DNA of 60,374 bases, taken from the NCBI RefSeq assembly GCF_041146345.1, contig NW_027191407.1:558001-618374 (forward strand), in the 5' to 3' direction. Below, in pieces: positions 38,837-53,010 of the stretch. A program made the position numbers and the translations under genes. This DNA comes from Neodothiora populina (lineage: Eukaryota). The number at the start of each line of letters is the position of its first letter. Position 1 is the first letter of the stretch. Below the pieces are notes generated by a model that was given only the letters and a program-made list of their open reading frames with translations, was not told the origin of the DNA and did no database searches.

Positions 38837-41398
38837 AGAGGTAGGTTTCTTTCCGACTTGATCGATGTCTGGTCCGTCGGACTGTCTCAAGAATCAAGAC
38901 ACCCTGCGCCTTAATGAACCCTGAAAAATACATCTCTGTAGTCTTCAGTGTTGAGTCACTGCCAAACTGACTATAGCTATACAAACGCAGTGATCGTTGA
39001 TCAATGCCGAAGTCACTCCACAATACTATCATATTTGTGCGCATTCTCTAATTACCTTATATATACATTCATAGTGCATACTGAGTCTTGCAGCTGAGTG
39101 GTTACATTCCGTGCACGTCCGCACTGATTCATGGTCCTCCCAACATTACAATTGGCGAATTCAGGTCTGGAAGTCTGCCTGAACCTGCTCTCTCTATGGG
39201 ACAGTCAGCCACAAAATTGCTTACGTCAACGTGATCTCGGATGAACTTTGTAGGTAGGGAGTGGCAATCTTGATCTCAGGAAAAGTATGCATTTGTGACT
39301 TCTTTCTGCATTGTGAAAGAGCATGCTGTAAAGAAACCTACCTTAGGCTTCACTAACACGTAGTCACAAACCAAAAGACATATTTATGATGAGAGGCTAC
39401 CTGACACAGTCACTATCGTCTCCCCACCTATTGTTCTTATTGAAGCGACTACTATTGCTCATAGTGGAAAATCCAAGTAGTCTTCACAGCGGCAGAATTG
39501 TGCGTTTGTTCGCAAGCTCTTTAAGACTTGAATGTCGTCTTATCAGGCCGTGAGCGCAGCTACTGATCTAGCTTCGGTCCTTCCTTGCAATGTCGATGTC
39601 TCGAGCTTTACACATCTTCCTCTCGGCTCATACTCTATATCGCAGACTATCGCAGATCTCAGGAGTCTGCTTCCTTGCAACTGCGGTACCACGACTTACA
39701 CGAAGGACCGCTAGAATTACGAGAGAGTTATAGCAGCTACCTAACAGAAGTCAAAGATCTGTGATACGTGTCTGATCGCATGAATCTTGGTTCGGGAAAT
39801 CTAAGATGCTATTATGAGGACATGTCACCAATTTGTCTCGGTTAGGGTCCTACAGAATGGACCTAAGAGTCAGTAGCGTTGTAGAAATCTATACAACCTG
39901 CGCTTATCATGTCGATCATTTCAAATGGCCGAAGGAAGTGATAATGTGAGTATTCCACACGTACTCGGGCATCTAGCAGATAGACTGCATTGCCCCATAT
40001 CATGGAGCAATCTGAAGGTAGACCCTATGACGAAGCAACCACCTGGGCACTAACAGTGTACAATTCGTGCTTGAGGCTGTCCGAGGTCGACACTATTTTT
40101 CTCATATAGGAAGATCATGCAGTAGCTGACAGCATAGACATAATCGTTGAGATTTGATGGAAAAGTGTGTTCACTAGGACCAAGAGAAAGTGAACAAACG
40201 GGTTAGGCAGGCGTTTCAGAAGAAATGTAGCAATATATCGATCCTTAATGGAACGCATGTCAATGATTATGCACAAGATTTTAGATTCAACGAGAACCTA
40301 TAACCTTAATTATACTTGACCTGCTTCAAACGACGTTTGTACAAAAGGGTTCGAGCACCTGATACCAGGCCGGGAACGTCGACTGGAGAGTACCTGTCTG
40401 CCAGTTCCATGAAAAGGCCCGTTTCGCAGCTCCGGGCTCGACCTATGCGCTTCTCTCCCTTCCGATTATCCCTGTATAATTGAAGTCTTATAGCTTGTGA
40501 TAATTGATAGACTTGTGTCACTATCAGTCTTTTCTCTTGTGCATTCTAGGCTGATAGCGAAACAAAAGCTTTTTAATTCGAGCAAATCAGGTGTTACAGT
40601 AGGTCTGTTCTGCGTTACTGTAACACTCGTGTAAGAGAACCACGACATCCTCGCCTAGGCGATGTAGCTGTACACACGCGACACTTACTGAGAGAAGGAT
40701 GACCCTGTCCAACAGTAGATACTACATATTGTTGTAATAAGCATGCGAAGGTCTTTCCATTGAGATCTTTGCCGCAAGTAGAACTGCAACATCGTACTCA
40801 GCAGGCAGAGTGCCTATGATAGCAAGCTCAGCATAGAGCCTAGTGGCATCATCCCCACTGAGCAGGCTGGGAGTTTCAGAAAATCCACTCAAGACTTAAG
40901 GTTTTCAAAGATCGATAATTGCACGGTCTATGATAAACTGTCACTACTAGGCTGTGTTTCCAATGCTCAATAGTGCATGACGAAGTGGCCGAAGTCGTTG
41001 TATGTAGCAAGAATCATCTTAGGGCTATTCGTCCTTCCGCTGCAGATGAGGCAAAAATCCGCCACGGCAGTGCCCTATACCAAGCTAGCCTGGACCGTGC
41101 CTTAGGGCACGCAGCGTAATCACAAGCCATGCCACGCAAGCAGAGAAGATTCTTGGACTACTTCCACTACGCACTCATAGGTTTAAGCTTCTAATCAGTC
41201 CTTCTCAATGTCTTTTGAACAGATACTATTACGACGCTTTTCATTTCAGATTCTATATCGTCGCTTAAGGTCTAAAGGTTACTTCAAACATGGAACAAGC
41301 TAGCGAGATGGTACAGTATAAAGAGTCGAAGATGGTTGCACGTAGCCACTAAGTGCAATCAATCAGTAGTACGATCACTTAATCTCTTTCCTATTTCA

Positions 41399-43952
41399 AT
41401 GCTACACAATACTGTTATCCTACTTGCACTGGCAGGCGCTGGCCGAGCTTACAGCGCTACCGTTTCCCCAATTCCGTCCCATGGCCTCATCAATGAGCTA
41501 GATATCGACTTCGGGGATTGGGCTCAGGCCTACGACAAAGCTTCGAGTTTCGTTGCTGCTCTTACTACTGCGGAGAAGTACTCCATCATTACAGGCGGTC
41601 GTATCAGTAACTCGTCCTTGAATTTCACTGCTCTGGAGTTCAAGGATGGGTCTGAAGGAGTCCAGCAAGATTACTTCGTTTCCGCCTTTAGCCAATCGTC
41701 CGCCCTTGCCATGACCTGGGACAAGGACGCGATCTATGCGCAGGCTAAGGCTGTCGCTGACGAGTTCTACGGCAGGGGCTACCAGATTGTCAACGGCCCA
41801 ACTTCTGAACCCCTTGGGCGCACTCCATGGGGTGGTCGTCTAGGAGAAGCCTTCGGCCCTGACCCTTACCAAAATGGAATCACTTTTGGTCTGAGTGTCA
41901 GCGCCTACACTAAGGCTGGTGTTATAGCCGGAGGTAAACATTTTCTCCTCAACGAGCAAGAGACGAACCGCCAATCATCTGGCGGGACTGGGGGTGCCGG
42001 CGGTGGTAGTAGCGACGTCGGCATGGGAGGAGGGCCGGCTTCGGGCAACGGAAGCTCAATCAGCAACTCCGTGTCTGGAGGCGACACGATGACCACTTCC
42101 GTCCAGGGCGCCTCTTCTGTTGCTAGGCCTTCTGAATCAATCTCCACTAGCGCTCCATCGTCTGCATCGTCCAATTCCTCTAACGCATCTTCGTCTTCGT
42201 CTTCTTCAGGAGACTCATCGAACGTTGCCCCTTATTCGTCCAACGCCGACGATAGAACTATACATGAGGCCTACCTCTGGCCGTTCTATGACGGTGTCAA
42301 GGCCGGCATGGGTGCAGTCATGTGCGCCATGACTGAGGTCAACGGATCCGCAAGTTGTGAAAATGAAGATCTTCTCATGGGACTACTAAAGACCGAGCTT
42401 GGTTTTCCTGGCATGGTTTATGCAGACGTAGGTGGCCAGAAAACTGCTTTAGGCTCCGTCACTGGTGGACTTGATTATGGCTCCAGTAGCACTTGGAGCA
42501 CAGATATCCTTGACCTCATGCTCTCCAATGGATCGCTCACCAACAACCGCCTGGACGACATGGTCATCCGGAATATCATTGCGTGGTACTATACCGGTCT
42601 CTCTGATGGAGATCAACCGGAGACCGCCGAGTCGGGTGAGTACCGTAATGTTCGTGCTAACCACACGGCCCTCATTCGTGAAAACGGCGCCAAATCTATT
42701 GTCCTGTTGAAGAATGAAAATGGGGCTCTACCTCTCAAAAGTCCTAGTAAGTCTGCTCTGTATTCCTTCATGTTCACGAGTCCCGCTGATGCAGACAATT
42801 CCAGTGACCATGAGCATCTTCGGTGCTAACGCTGGCCCTGTGATGGGCGGCCCAAACACAGCTTTTTCTATTACGGGCTCGGGTCCAACTTTTGATGGTC
42901 ACCTTGCTTCGGGTAGTGGATCCGGACAAGTCTCATTCCCCTACCTTATCACGCCTTTGGCTGCAATCAGTTCCCGTGCCTCACAAGACGGTACTATGGT
43001 CAATTGGATACTCAACGACACCTACACTGAGAGCAGCTCCAGTGGCATGTCCTTGTCCTTTGGTAGCAGCACTACCGCCAATGCCCCGGCAATCTCGACT
43101 TATGCCGATGGTACTGAAGTCTGCTTATGTTTTATCAACGCACTAGCAGGCGAGGGAGAGGATCGCACTGAGCTATACAATAGAGATCAGGACACCTTGA
43201 TAAACACCGTCGCTTCATACTGTAACAACACGATCGTCGTTGTTTCCACTACGGGTGTTCGTCTGCTTGACCAATGGATCGAGCACGAGAACATCACCGC
43301 CGTCCTTTACTCCGCTCCCCTTGGCCAGGAATCCGGTAACTCGATAGCGGATGTGCTATATGGCGATTTCAACCCGTCCGGTCGTCTTACTTATACCATC
43401 GCCAAGAATGAGTCGGATTATCCAGTCGAAATCTGCGAAACCAAGCAATGCAACTTCACCGAGGGCGTCTATCTTGACTACCGCTATTTTGATAAGCAAA
43501 ACATGACGGTGAGGTACCCCTTTGGTCACGGCTTATCATATACGAATTTCAATTACTCCGATGTGAAAGCAATTGCAGTCAGCCGCAATCTCTCCGTCTA
43601 CCCAACTGGTCCACTCGGTGTTGGTGGCAAGCTCGATCTCTGGGATATCGTCGCGAACGTTTCTGTGGACGTGACTAACACCGGTTCTATCGACGGTGCT
43701 GAGGTAGCTCAGCTGTACATTACTTACCCCGCCGTCGCTGACCAGCCCTTGTTACAATTAAGAGGCTTTGAGCGTGTCGACCTTCCTGCAGGCACAAAGA
43801 ACGAAGTCAAGTTTCAGCTTCGCCGGCGCGACCTTAGCTACTGGGACGTCACTGCCCAACAGTGGGCTCTGCCTCGAGGCACCTTCGAGCTACATGTGGG
43901 AAGCAGCTCGAGAGATCTCAAACTCCACAGTAGTCTGATCATATACAGATAG
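41399..43952 (+). CDS. GH3 beta-glucosidase, secreted, 2 exons (intron 42747-42804)
   Basis: Signal peptide, PLGRTPWGGRLGE.F..DPY, KHFLLNEQE, HEAYLWPF.D, LLKTELGF.G.VYAD (nucleophile Asp), SIVLLKN, GEGEDR, FTEG..LDYRYFD, YPFGHGLSYT and an Fn3-like C-terminus. Confidence 0.93.
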
Positions 43953-44696
43953 TAGATATAGTAACGCTTTTGCAAGAGTCTATGAAGCGTGAATAGCGGC
44001 GATTCTGTCACTACTTGATATTTAAGACAAGAGACTTTAATACATGTCTTCAATGTTAATCATCTAGTCCAGACAAGCATTGCACGTGGCAACAAACTTA
44101 GTGAGAAATGACCGAACGATTGTGCCCGGCGAAAACTCGTTTTATAAGCGATGATATGATCTGTTCCGCACCTCAATGGAAAGCCTTATTGAGGACTGCA
44201 CATTGTCGATCTGAGGACCGTGTAAGAAGTGATCCAAAAATATACATGTATGTCGGCCACTTTAGACATTGTGGATTGCACTTGCCAAGGTAGTGGACGT
44301 ACTCATGCAACGTTAGGACTGCTCGGCACGGTTCTAGCCTGATAACTATCGCGCTCTATGCAGTCAGGCAAGATTTGCCGCATCTATGGGTATTTCTTCG
44401 ATATGAGATCCGGCGATGAATGGATGGCGCTGCCCTAGTGGACCGGGTGTATGTCTAAGTGTAGGTAGGATGTGTAAGTGCTTGACTTGTACGGTCGCTG
44501 TGTCCGATGTGTTATTCGATGTGTTAATAAGATTATGGGTGGAGTGGTTTACCTCTACCCGAAGGTACTGTATGCGTCAAGAAAGCGATCTAAGCTTGGC
44601 ATCGTGTTACTGGCGCAGAGGAGACATGGCGCACCTCACAAAGCTTCTCGATACTTACCTCTTCATAGATTTCATTGAATATTCAAGGTAATATAA

Positions 44697-44900
44697 TCAT
44701 TTCAATTGCCATTGGTAGAGGCATGCCTCCATAAATTCGATTATAAGGGCTTCTGCAGCTTTTTTAGCTTGTAATTGAGGTTGCTTCGCTGCCTTCTGCG
44801 TCTCAAATGCCTCATATTCAATTCGTGCCTTCTTGATTTGTTCAATGCTTGCAAATCGAGTATTTGGGTCAACAACCACTCGTTCCCTTGACGTAGAAGA
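44697..44900 (-). mobile_element. Possible C-terminal fragment of a pogo/Fot1-type transposase
   Basis: RERVVVDPNTRFASIEQIKKA...CLYQWQL resembles, from memory, the C-termini of fungal pogo/Fot transposases. No TIR or DDE core was seen. Confidence 0.4.
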
Positions 44901-45759
44901 AGCAGCTGCACCTTTGGGAAAGCCGAATTGCACCTTATGCAAATCTCACGCCTTTTGTAATGACCATCCTCACATCCTCAACGACCCGCGGCGATCTGCT
45001 TGTGTGCAACTCCAGCAACTTATCTCCTTGAACAAGGGGCCAACAAAGAACACGATGTTTCAACTTGAGAGGTGGAGTACTGATCGATGTTGACGAAGGA
45101 CTACATTAACGGCGTAGTGCACGAAGGAGGGACTAAGGATGAGGCACGCGCGATACCAGAGTCATGGAATATATTTGATCTGTCAGAACGGAGCAAGATC
45201 ACCCAAGCATCGTACTATATTTGCATAGTAACCACAGGTCAGATGCAATCCGAATGTTATCGGACGAAAGCTAGGATCAACTAACATTTTAGTGCTAAGT
45301 TCACGACAGGCATGCATCGCATGCGACTAAGGGGTTACCAGACGAAGGACAGGCTAAGTAGTCGCTGAACGAAGGACAGACTAGATGAATTCAGAGTGGA
45401 ACCAGGAATGTTCGACATGATAAATCTTACTTTACTGCAAAGACATTGCATGAGGGGATAAGTCTCAAGTCTGGATGCTCGAGCTCCGTTGATCTTCAGT
45501 TGACCTTCCAATGCTATGATGTTGATCCGCTACCGTCGCTTGATCAACTTGTTGGTAACTAATACCTACTTCTCATCCTAGCATACACGTCATATGTCGC
45601 TTACAGGGTGCTGTATATCGAGCACCTGTTAGGCAGTCACTCGATCACCTTCGACGATTTTCCGCCAGGGTACGCCAAAGCCTTGATCGCTGCCCAACTC
45701 TAAAGCAGAAAATCCAGAGCACAAGTGGCCACCTATAACTGCAACAGAACTAGGCTTTC

Positions 45760-46088
45760 AAAAGACAGTGCCACCGAGGATTCATTCCATCTGGTTCCAA
45801 AACCTTTATCACTATCATCTTGATGTGTTCAGTATTCCAACTAGTGGCTCTCATGCGCCTAAAAATGTCGCGATTACAACCCAACGTTTAATGTCTTGAC
45901 TTAGAATGCTACCACTGCTCGCGACTTGCTAGAAGAGCACTACGCCTGGTTTCTTTCAACTTACGATTTATACCGGTATCCTATTCAAAATATTAACGCG
46001 GTGAAATACTTCGTCCTTTAGCATTACGGAGGGGTGTACATGGATGTAGAGACCGCGTGTAGGCGTTAACTAGATCCTTTGTTAGCGT
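45760..46088 (+). pseudogene. GT32 (Sur1/Csh1-like mannosyltransferase) remnant
   Basis: Manual translation gives KTVPPRIHSIW, then RDLLEEHYAWFLSTYDLYRYPIQNINAVKYFVL*HYGGVYMDVETACRR*LDPLL, matching the YPIQR.DA.RYF.L.HYGG.Y.D.D pattern. Confidence 0.75.
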
Positions 46089-46917
46089 TGCAGCTGAGAT
46101 CTTGTTCAAGATGTCTACTGGAACGATGCCGGCAGACCCACGACTCTTTGCCGCCTCGATTGCAGTACAAGAACGGATGTTTGTATTCTGACCTTCTGCC
46201 GGCTACGTGCGTTATGCTCGCCTCTGTGCATCTTTACCATCTGCAGACACTTTTCCGGATTTACCGGCTTCTTAAAATAGATACTGGCGAGTCTAAATTG
46301 GGATTGCTTGCAGTAGCAAAAGACATGCTCGAGATCGTACTACAGCTAGGGACTTCTTGTGATCGTGCTGTTTCCATGCGCCACGACTTCATATATCTTG
46401 TAAGAAAGTCTCCTGACTAGACGAGAACTCGTTCTTCGTGGCTAATCTGACAAGGTTCTTATATATGGTTTACCTAGTGCAGCGGTTCTAGCAGCGGCAC
46501 TATGCAATGCTGTTAAAGACCATATTCACCCTTTACCCACTGGGAAGTCAGAGCTTATACGGAATCCTTTAATCTTTCAGTCGCACCCGAAGAGCGTCTG
46601 CCGCCCTGAAGATGCCAACTACAAAGTCTGCGCTCAGGCTTCGGAGGCCATCATCCGCACGCTAGACGAGCCTCTTGATCCCAAGTCCCCGAGCCTAAGC
46701 ACCCGTATGGACGCACCAATTGAGAATGCCTCAGCTTCAATGCCATTCTCCCACACGATGCTAGATCACACCGCGTCGACATTGACAGTGCCAAAAATTT
46801 TCTGCTCTTCCAGGCGTTGCACCTCCATACGCTGAAATGTCCGATGACTTTGATTTGGCCGAGTGGTCGAATATTGTTGATTGGACTTCCATATGTGGCC
46901 AGTGGGATATCATTTAA
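46089..46917 (+). pseudogene. C-terminal remnant of a fungal Zn-cluster transcription factor
   Basis: SLPPRLQY, LL.VA..ML..VL, an intron, VLIYGLPSA.VLA, KSELIRN and ESVCRPEDANYKVCAQASEAI.RTLDE. No DNA-binding N-terminus is present. Confidence 0.6.
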
Positions 46918-47729
46918 GAATTGCTATTGATGACCCTGCTATTCTGTGTGAAAGCTAATCAAACAAGCCTAATAGCTCTTGGGTATGTTGAAACCAACTT
47001 TGAATCAAACACTTGTAACAATCGAACAACAGGTGATTGTATTCATGTAGCTCATGGATACTGCTATTATGGAGTGAGCTGCATGACTGGTGACTACCTG
47101 ACCGCCTGAGTGATAAGTGGTCAAATAGATATGGACAGGGTCGCTCCCCTGAATGCTCAATCTTAATGTTCCTTGACGTCGTCGGAGGTCGGCAGACTCC
47201 ACAGTTTAATCCGCAATTGGATAAGATGATCTAAATAGGCCTAGCTGCCTGCCCCCTATCAGCCAGCTTGTTTCATGTTTGACCAAGGTACTGTACAGTA
47301 ATACATCAGATTTCGAGCTTCCTGAGCCTTAGTCCTTGTACTTCGCATTGCATACCAGCCTATCCATCACCGTTCATCCCTTGAATCATCATGATTGGCA
47401 ACGGCGAGAATGACTCGGTAATACTAGCGATATTACTAGCCTCTCTGACGTCCCTGATGATCTCACTAGCTAGATGCCCCACAACAACCAGCGCGCGAAT
47501 TTTAGGTCATATAGATGGTGTTAAGCAAGTAACAATAGTTGGAGCAATGTCCGAAAGAAAGGGGCCGTTAGCAAAGCACATAACTTTGTCGTCCATGTCA
47601 ATCGCTCTATTTAGCGAGTTTGACTCTACAAGGCGACACAAGAGGAAGCAGACGACTCAGTTAAAGTCATATGCACCCTTCTCGTCGATGGTGGTGTCCG
47701 CTGAAGCGCAAACCTCATAGTGATTTAGC

Positions 47730-48560
47730 CTGCGTCAAAATCGGTGATGCTTTCACCTCTATTAACAAAACCGAAGATGTTCATAAAGAGGATGTCCTTG
47801 CCTGTCAATGGCAGGAGCTTGTGGATAACAAGGAGTTGCTTGCGACTTTCAAAGAGGTGTGCGTGGGCACGCAGGGTCATTGTGAGGATGGCACACACAG
47901 TGCACTATAAAATTAGCTCACAAAGGTTGAGTGCTTGCTAAATACCCTTGAGACGAAGAAGACGACCTCACTTCTTGAACAGTCTACACACTATCGAACA
48001 TGCGTTAACCTTGTTTAGAGTGAATTCAATCAGCACTACGAATTCTCCGAGCTCCCTAACCGTACAAGTCTTACAGGGTGGCTATCGTTCTTAACTTCAA
48101 CCTCAAATTGGACTGGTCTTACAATCACTAGCAGGAGCTTCAATCCGAATGGAATGACGAAGTCAAAGCAGAGGGAGCGGCACTGTTCGCAACTTACCAC
48201 GCACACTATTTATTCATAGGAGACAGAAGAAGGTCCGTTACGAGAGCGCTCGCACTATAAGCATTTTGCGAAGGTGAAGAGAAGGCAACAGGTTGCAAAT
48301 GAGCTTGCGAGACACCTTGGGAGGAAGACCTCGTCTAGTATTGAGGACATCATTGCTTGGTAGAAGGCCCAGGAAGGCAGCTATCCTGTCTTTCCACGAC
48401 CCGCTTTCGACATCCGTGCCGTGACGACAATGTCTACAGAGTGCGAACGCTTTTTCTCTGCCGCTGGATGATTTTATAATAGGCAAAGCGCACAAATATA
48501 CCATGAACTCGTAGAAGCGAATCAGTATTCAAGACAATGGCTATTCCAAGGAATTTTCCG
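47730..48560 (+). mobile_element. hAT-family transposase relic (C-terminal half)
   Basis: WQELVDNKELLATFKEV...TQG...HSAL. The hAT dimerisation-like motif AFDIRAVTTMSTECERFFSAAG is at 48403-48468, followed by VEANQ..RQW. Confidence 0.7.
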
Positions 48561-48799
48561 ACTCCGAGAGCCCCGTAGAGTCAAACACGGTCAAAAGAAC
48601 AAGCTAGATTGCACCTTTTCAAAGTAGGGCAAAGCAACACCTCCGGATCCCCCAAGCGTCGATACTCATCTCGGCAAAACACGAAAACCTTTCTTAAGGT
48701 ACAGTCCAACACCTATCCAATCTTGCTAATATCGTGACTCTCGCGAACCATGGAACACTGATTTCCAGGCTGTCATTTCTACTGCCCGGGTCGCATAAG

Positions 48800-50400
48800 T
48801 CACTACTTTGTTAAGACTCGGCACGTGTTGCATATAATTCGGCCCCCCACAGTATTATGATTAGACTAATGGTTCCACTTTATAGTAGCATCACGCAATT
48901 CGAGACGCGCTCCTACAAATGTGGATCTTGTGCTAGTATTTCATACCGATAGGACCGACTGCCGCAAAGTGACCGATTTCAATCCTTCCGAGGCTCCCAT
49001 ATTAGTTCCTTGATATTTGATATCTCTTTCCAGATTTGTGCCTTCTAGATTGGTTACAAGATCTTTGTAGATAGATGTCTTATCTTCCAGGTATCTTGTC
49101 AGACGCTATGCTATGTGACAGCCGCTCATTCTTGGTAAGGGATCAACACCAAAATGATCATAATCAAGATGGTGCAGATCCCGACTTTAACAACCTCGAA
49201 AAGTATCCCTGATGCCATAGTCATATATATCGAGAGTGGCGTTCCATAGTAATTCCACTGTCGAGAAAGGATTCTTATCTTCACTAACCTCTCCGCTCAA
49301 GCAATGCGAAACTACTCTCGATGAGTCTCAGTACGGTTGACATAGGTGACGATGTTGTGTAATATGCCGCCGGCGCCATGCCGTCTCATAATCTCAAGCA
49401 TATGGTGATCGTTCGCGCTAGCGAGCTCTTTCTGCATGCGACTAAGGTCCTTTGATCTTCGAGAGAAGCATCGAAGTCTATCTTGTTCGACTAGCATTAG
49501 TGCCGTGAAGAAGAGCCTCGCAACCAAGGTTGATGACAAAGCCAATGTAGCGTAGGTGCTATTCAGATACGTCGATATTTATGTTTACACAGGCATTAAG
49601 CTTCGAATGCGAGGTCATATATGTTGACGTTATTAGCCACAAACCATCAAATTCGGTCCTGAACTGATAGTCGAGTATTGTCTTACCTCCTTACTATAGT
49701 TGCACATGCCCGCCTACAACCGACAACCGCAGTCATGACCTTTCCCAGCAGCCGCTAGAGCTACAGTATAGCATGCGAGTACTTCTTACTACTATCCACG
49801 GCTTGCTGCACATGTTCATATGAGATTTTGCTATCTCAACAGGGTGTAGACTAGTCAATCTGGTGATTGCTCGATCGTCGTTTTGCTTGGGAACCCCAAG
49901 CATACTTAAGAAAGTGCGGTAACCCAGCCGTTGATCTCTCATTAATACGGTGGTAAGCCGGACTCTTAGCATAGTTGTATCTTCGGTCACGATATGGTGC
50001 GAGGTAATTGACGCTAGTGGCGAAGTGGATTCCGCACATAACACCTATAATTTGAGAACTTTTGCTATCTTCAGGAGCTAGTTTGCATTCGCCGCTGCTC
50101 AGATTGAAGTTGCTACACGAAAACGAAAGCAGCATGCATGTGTGGCATCATAGTATACGTGTCCGTAATATCGATATGTGCTTGAGAACCCACAAGGTTA
50201 CGCAAGCTGGAATAGCTAATGACCTGTAGGGCCCACTTTGCTATGCAGTTGAGCTTCACCTCGGCCGGTGTAAGCGCAACTCGGCGTCGTCGAGGTATCA
50301 CAACTGGCTTACGTCTACCCACATGATACGTGATGAGGCTGAAGAAGATCTAGCAAGGACTGACATATCCATACTCCTACATCTGATACATGTCGAAGCA
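48800..50400 (-). mobile_element. Second hAT-family transposase relic, opposite orientation (ends approximate)
   Basis: HLRYIGFVINL (RC..H..NL-like), RRHGAGGILHNIVTYVNR and WNATLD (TRWNS-like). There are many stops and frameshifts. Confidence 0.6.
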
Positions 50401-51108
50401 TGGAAGTCTCACTGTTCTCGAAGACCATAAGCCTGATACAAATCAGACATCTTGTACGGGGTGCGATTATTCGGCCCGCTATTCAAGTCAAAGGTTGCTG
50501 AAATATTGACTGAACACACGCGATAGTTACCTATATCTAAGGAGGGGGGCTCTGTTAACCACCCTACACATAAAATCTACAGTTGTTCCACATACGCAAA
50601 GCTGAACCCACACGGCGTCAGTGTAGGCTGTGTATCGATATAGGAACAGTCAGTAAATCGTACATGTCAACGGTTGTTTTGCTGCATTATACTCGTTAGG
50701 CTTACGATGCTCTTTTCGAGACTGTACGCATAGCACACGGCAAGTCTTTAGTACGTATGCATATATGATAGCATGACCGTAGATAGCAGGAAACAACAAG
50801 CCTAGCGGGTCCCAACACACCCTGCCACCTTGTCAGTATCTACATTGTCGTTCGCCTAAGAAGTTCTCAGCTGTATCTCTAGGTTGGATGTCATGATCCT
50901 CATCAACTACGACATAAGTGGTCGGTACCGGTGGTCTGGGAAGATGTTCCTTCAATCATCCCCGAGGACCGCAAGTCATATTGAGAATATATATGAGTGG
51001 CTAGGAGACCGTAGATGATCCCACTCTAATTCTGTAGGCTACAGTATTGGGAGGCAAGCACAATAGTGACTTTATTGCTTTCTAATATCACTTTACAACT
51101 AAGTCATC

Positions 51109-52156
51109 ATGAGTATCACTTCTCGACACATGGCGTGTAAGCTATGCCGTGAGCGAAAAGTTCGCTGCAGTGGTGAGCAACCATCGTGCGGAAAGTGCAA
51201 CCGGTTTGGAGAGTCATGTGTATACATCCCACACGCTAAACAGACTAAGCGAGATCTTGTTGAGACTGTTGAGATTCTCCAAGAGCGATTGAGTAAATAT
51301 ATCATCCCTGGTGGCTACTGAGCTTACTGATACCCTTTTTTTTCCAGGGAGAGCAGAAGATGAACTGAGCTGGAATAGTTCACATCAGCAAAGCATACCA
51401 GATGTACCTTCTATTGCTGCTCTCAGCAGGTCCTCTCCTCCAAAGACCTATGAAGAGCACGCGAGACCCTCCACACAAGTATTCAGCTTCTCTCCCACTA
51501 TGAATACATCTTCGATAAATGACATCTCAGGATTCACATTTCCAGATCAGGACAGCACAAGTGTTTTGAATAGTACAACTGTCGGCCTTGGCTCAGACCC
51601 AGACAGAACCCAAGTCCTCCCATGGAGTCTACCGCCACCAACACCGACGGTCAAGGACGTGATCATGCCATCCGACCACCCAACAGCCGATGCACACGCG
51701 CTCGAACCCGCCACCACCACATCAGAAATGCCCAGTCTGCGGGATATCCGTGCCTGGACTGGAAAGCAGCAACTCCAGAACAACACTGATGCGTGCACTG
51801 TCTTCCGAGAACTGCACAGATATGTACTGGCCATGTTCAACAGCCACGCCCACGTCAATGGAATAACAACAGCGGTGATAGAGTACCTAGCTTGGGCCAG
51901 GCAGGTACCTAACGTGAATTACTCACTTATCCTTAAAACTCTCGAAGCACGACTACAAGAGGCTACCAACCTCGCATATACGGAGCAGTGGGTGCTATTC
52001 AACAATCCGTAGAACTCACTGGGAAAGCTTGAGACTTTTCAGCAACAGTTGAGTTCGCTTTAGACGGAACTTAAGAGAAAGGACTTCGAGACGGCTGAGT
52101 TTTTCCGCATTCACTATGATATCAGCTCTTCGCTTGAGTGTCAACGGGGTTTATGA
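51109..52156 (+). pseudogene. Small Zn(II)2Cys6 transcription factor with two in-frame TAG stops near the C-terminus
   Basis: ACKLCRERKVRCSGEQPSCGKC...SCVY, with an intron at 51293-51347. TAG occurs at 52010 and 52061, and the frame continues to TGA at 52154. Confidence 0.75.
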
Positions 52157-53010
52157 GATTTATTCAACCCGATTTCTACAATGCTATGGAAGGAATGTTA
52201 GCGGTTATCGCAACAGTCTTGGAATGATACTGTGTGCAGTGAATAAGGGATAGAGACATATATTGATACAGTAGCACATTACTGTCTAACAATGGGTGCA
52301 ACGACATCCCATTTGATCACTACGTGTGCTTCTATCAAGATAGGAAACAACAAACTTCCAGAGTCCACGCTCGCGTGTAGCCGAGTCAGCTTGAATTGGT
52401 TTGTTCCAGAAATCAGCGGGTGCACTGTGCTATCTTCGCTTCTAATCGTGACTACGTATCTATATAGGGACATCTCCCTTACTGTACATATAGAAACTCG
52501 GCTTGTGTATAGATACGACTTTCAAAGACGAGACCTACCTTCAACGTAGTGCTGACAGTGGGCACGCTGTATCATTTTGAGCAATTATAGATAGATGTAA
52601 CAATTCTACGCGGCAGCATCGATTGATGTGATTGTATACAGGCTGAAGTGCTGCATTGGAGCGGACAAGGTTAACATCATTGCGTTCAATGATTTGGACA
52701 CTGCTAAGCGTGTTCTTGTGAATGATGCATCACAGCATCATGAAGGAGCTAAGATACTGTAAGGTTAGGTGCCTTTTACCTTTTTACGAGAAGCAGGGAA
52801 TACCATCAAGGTTCGGCCCGAGCAAGCGTTCAACCGACATCCGCAACCCGTCTTGATCATACCTTAGTGCGCTTTTCCCCGAGGACAATCCAGCACTCGG
52901 CCCGATCATTCTCACCCTGCGAAAGATGACTAGTAATAGTTGAATACTCTCAAACCATTTCATATTGACCTAGATCCAACGATCCAAACATATCTATTGC
53001 AAGAAGTAGC

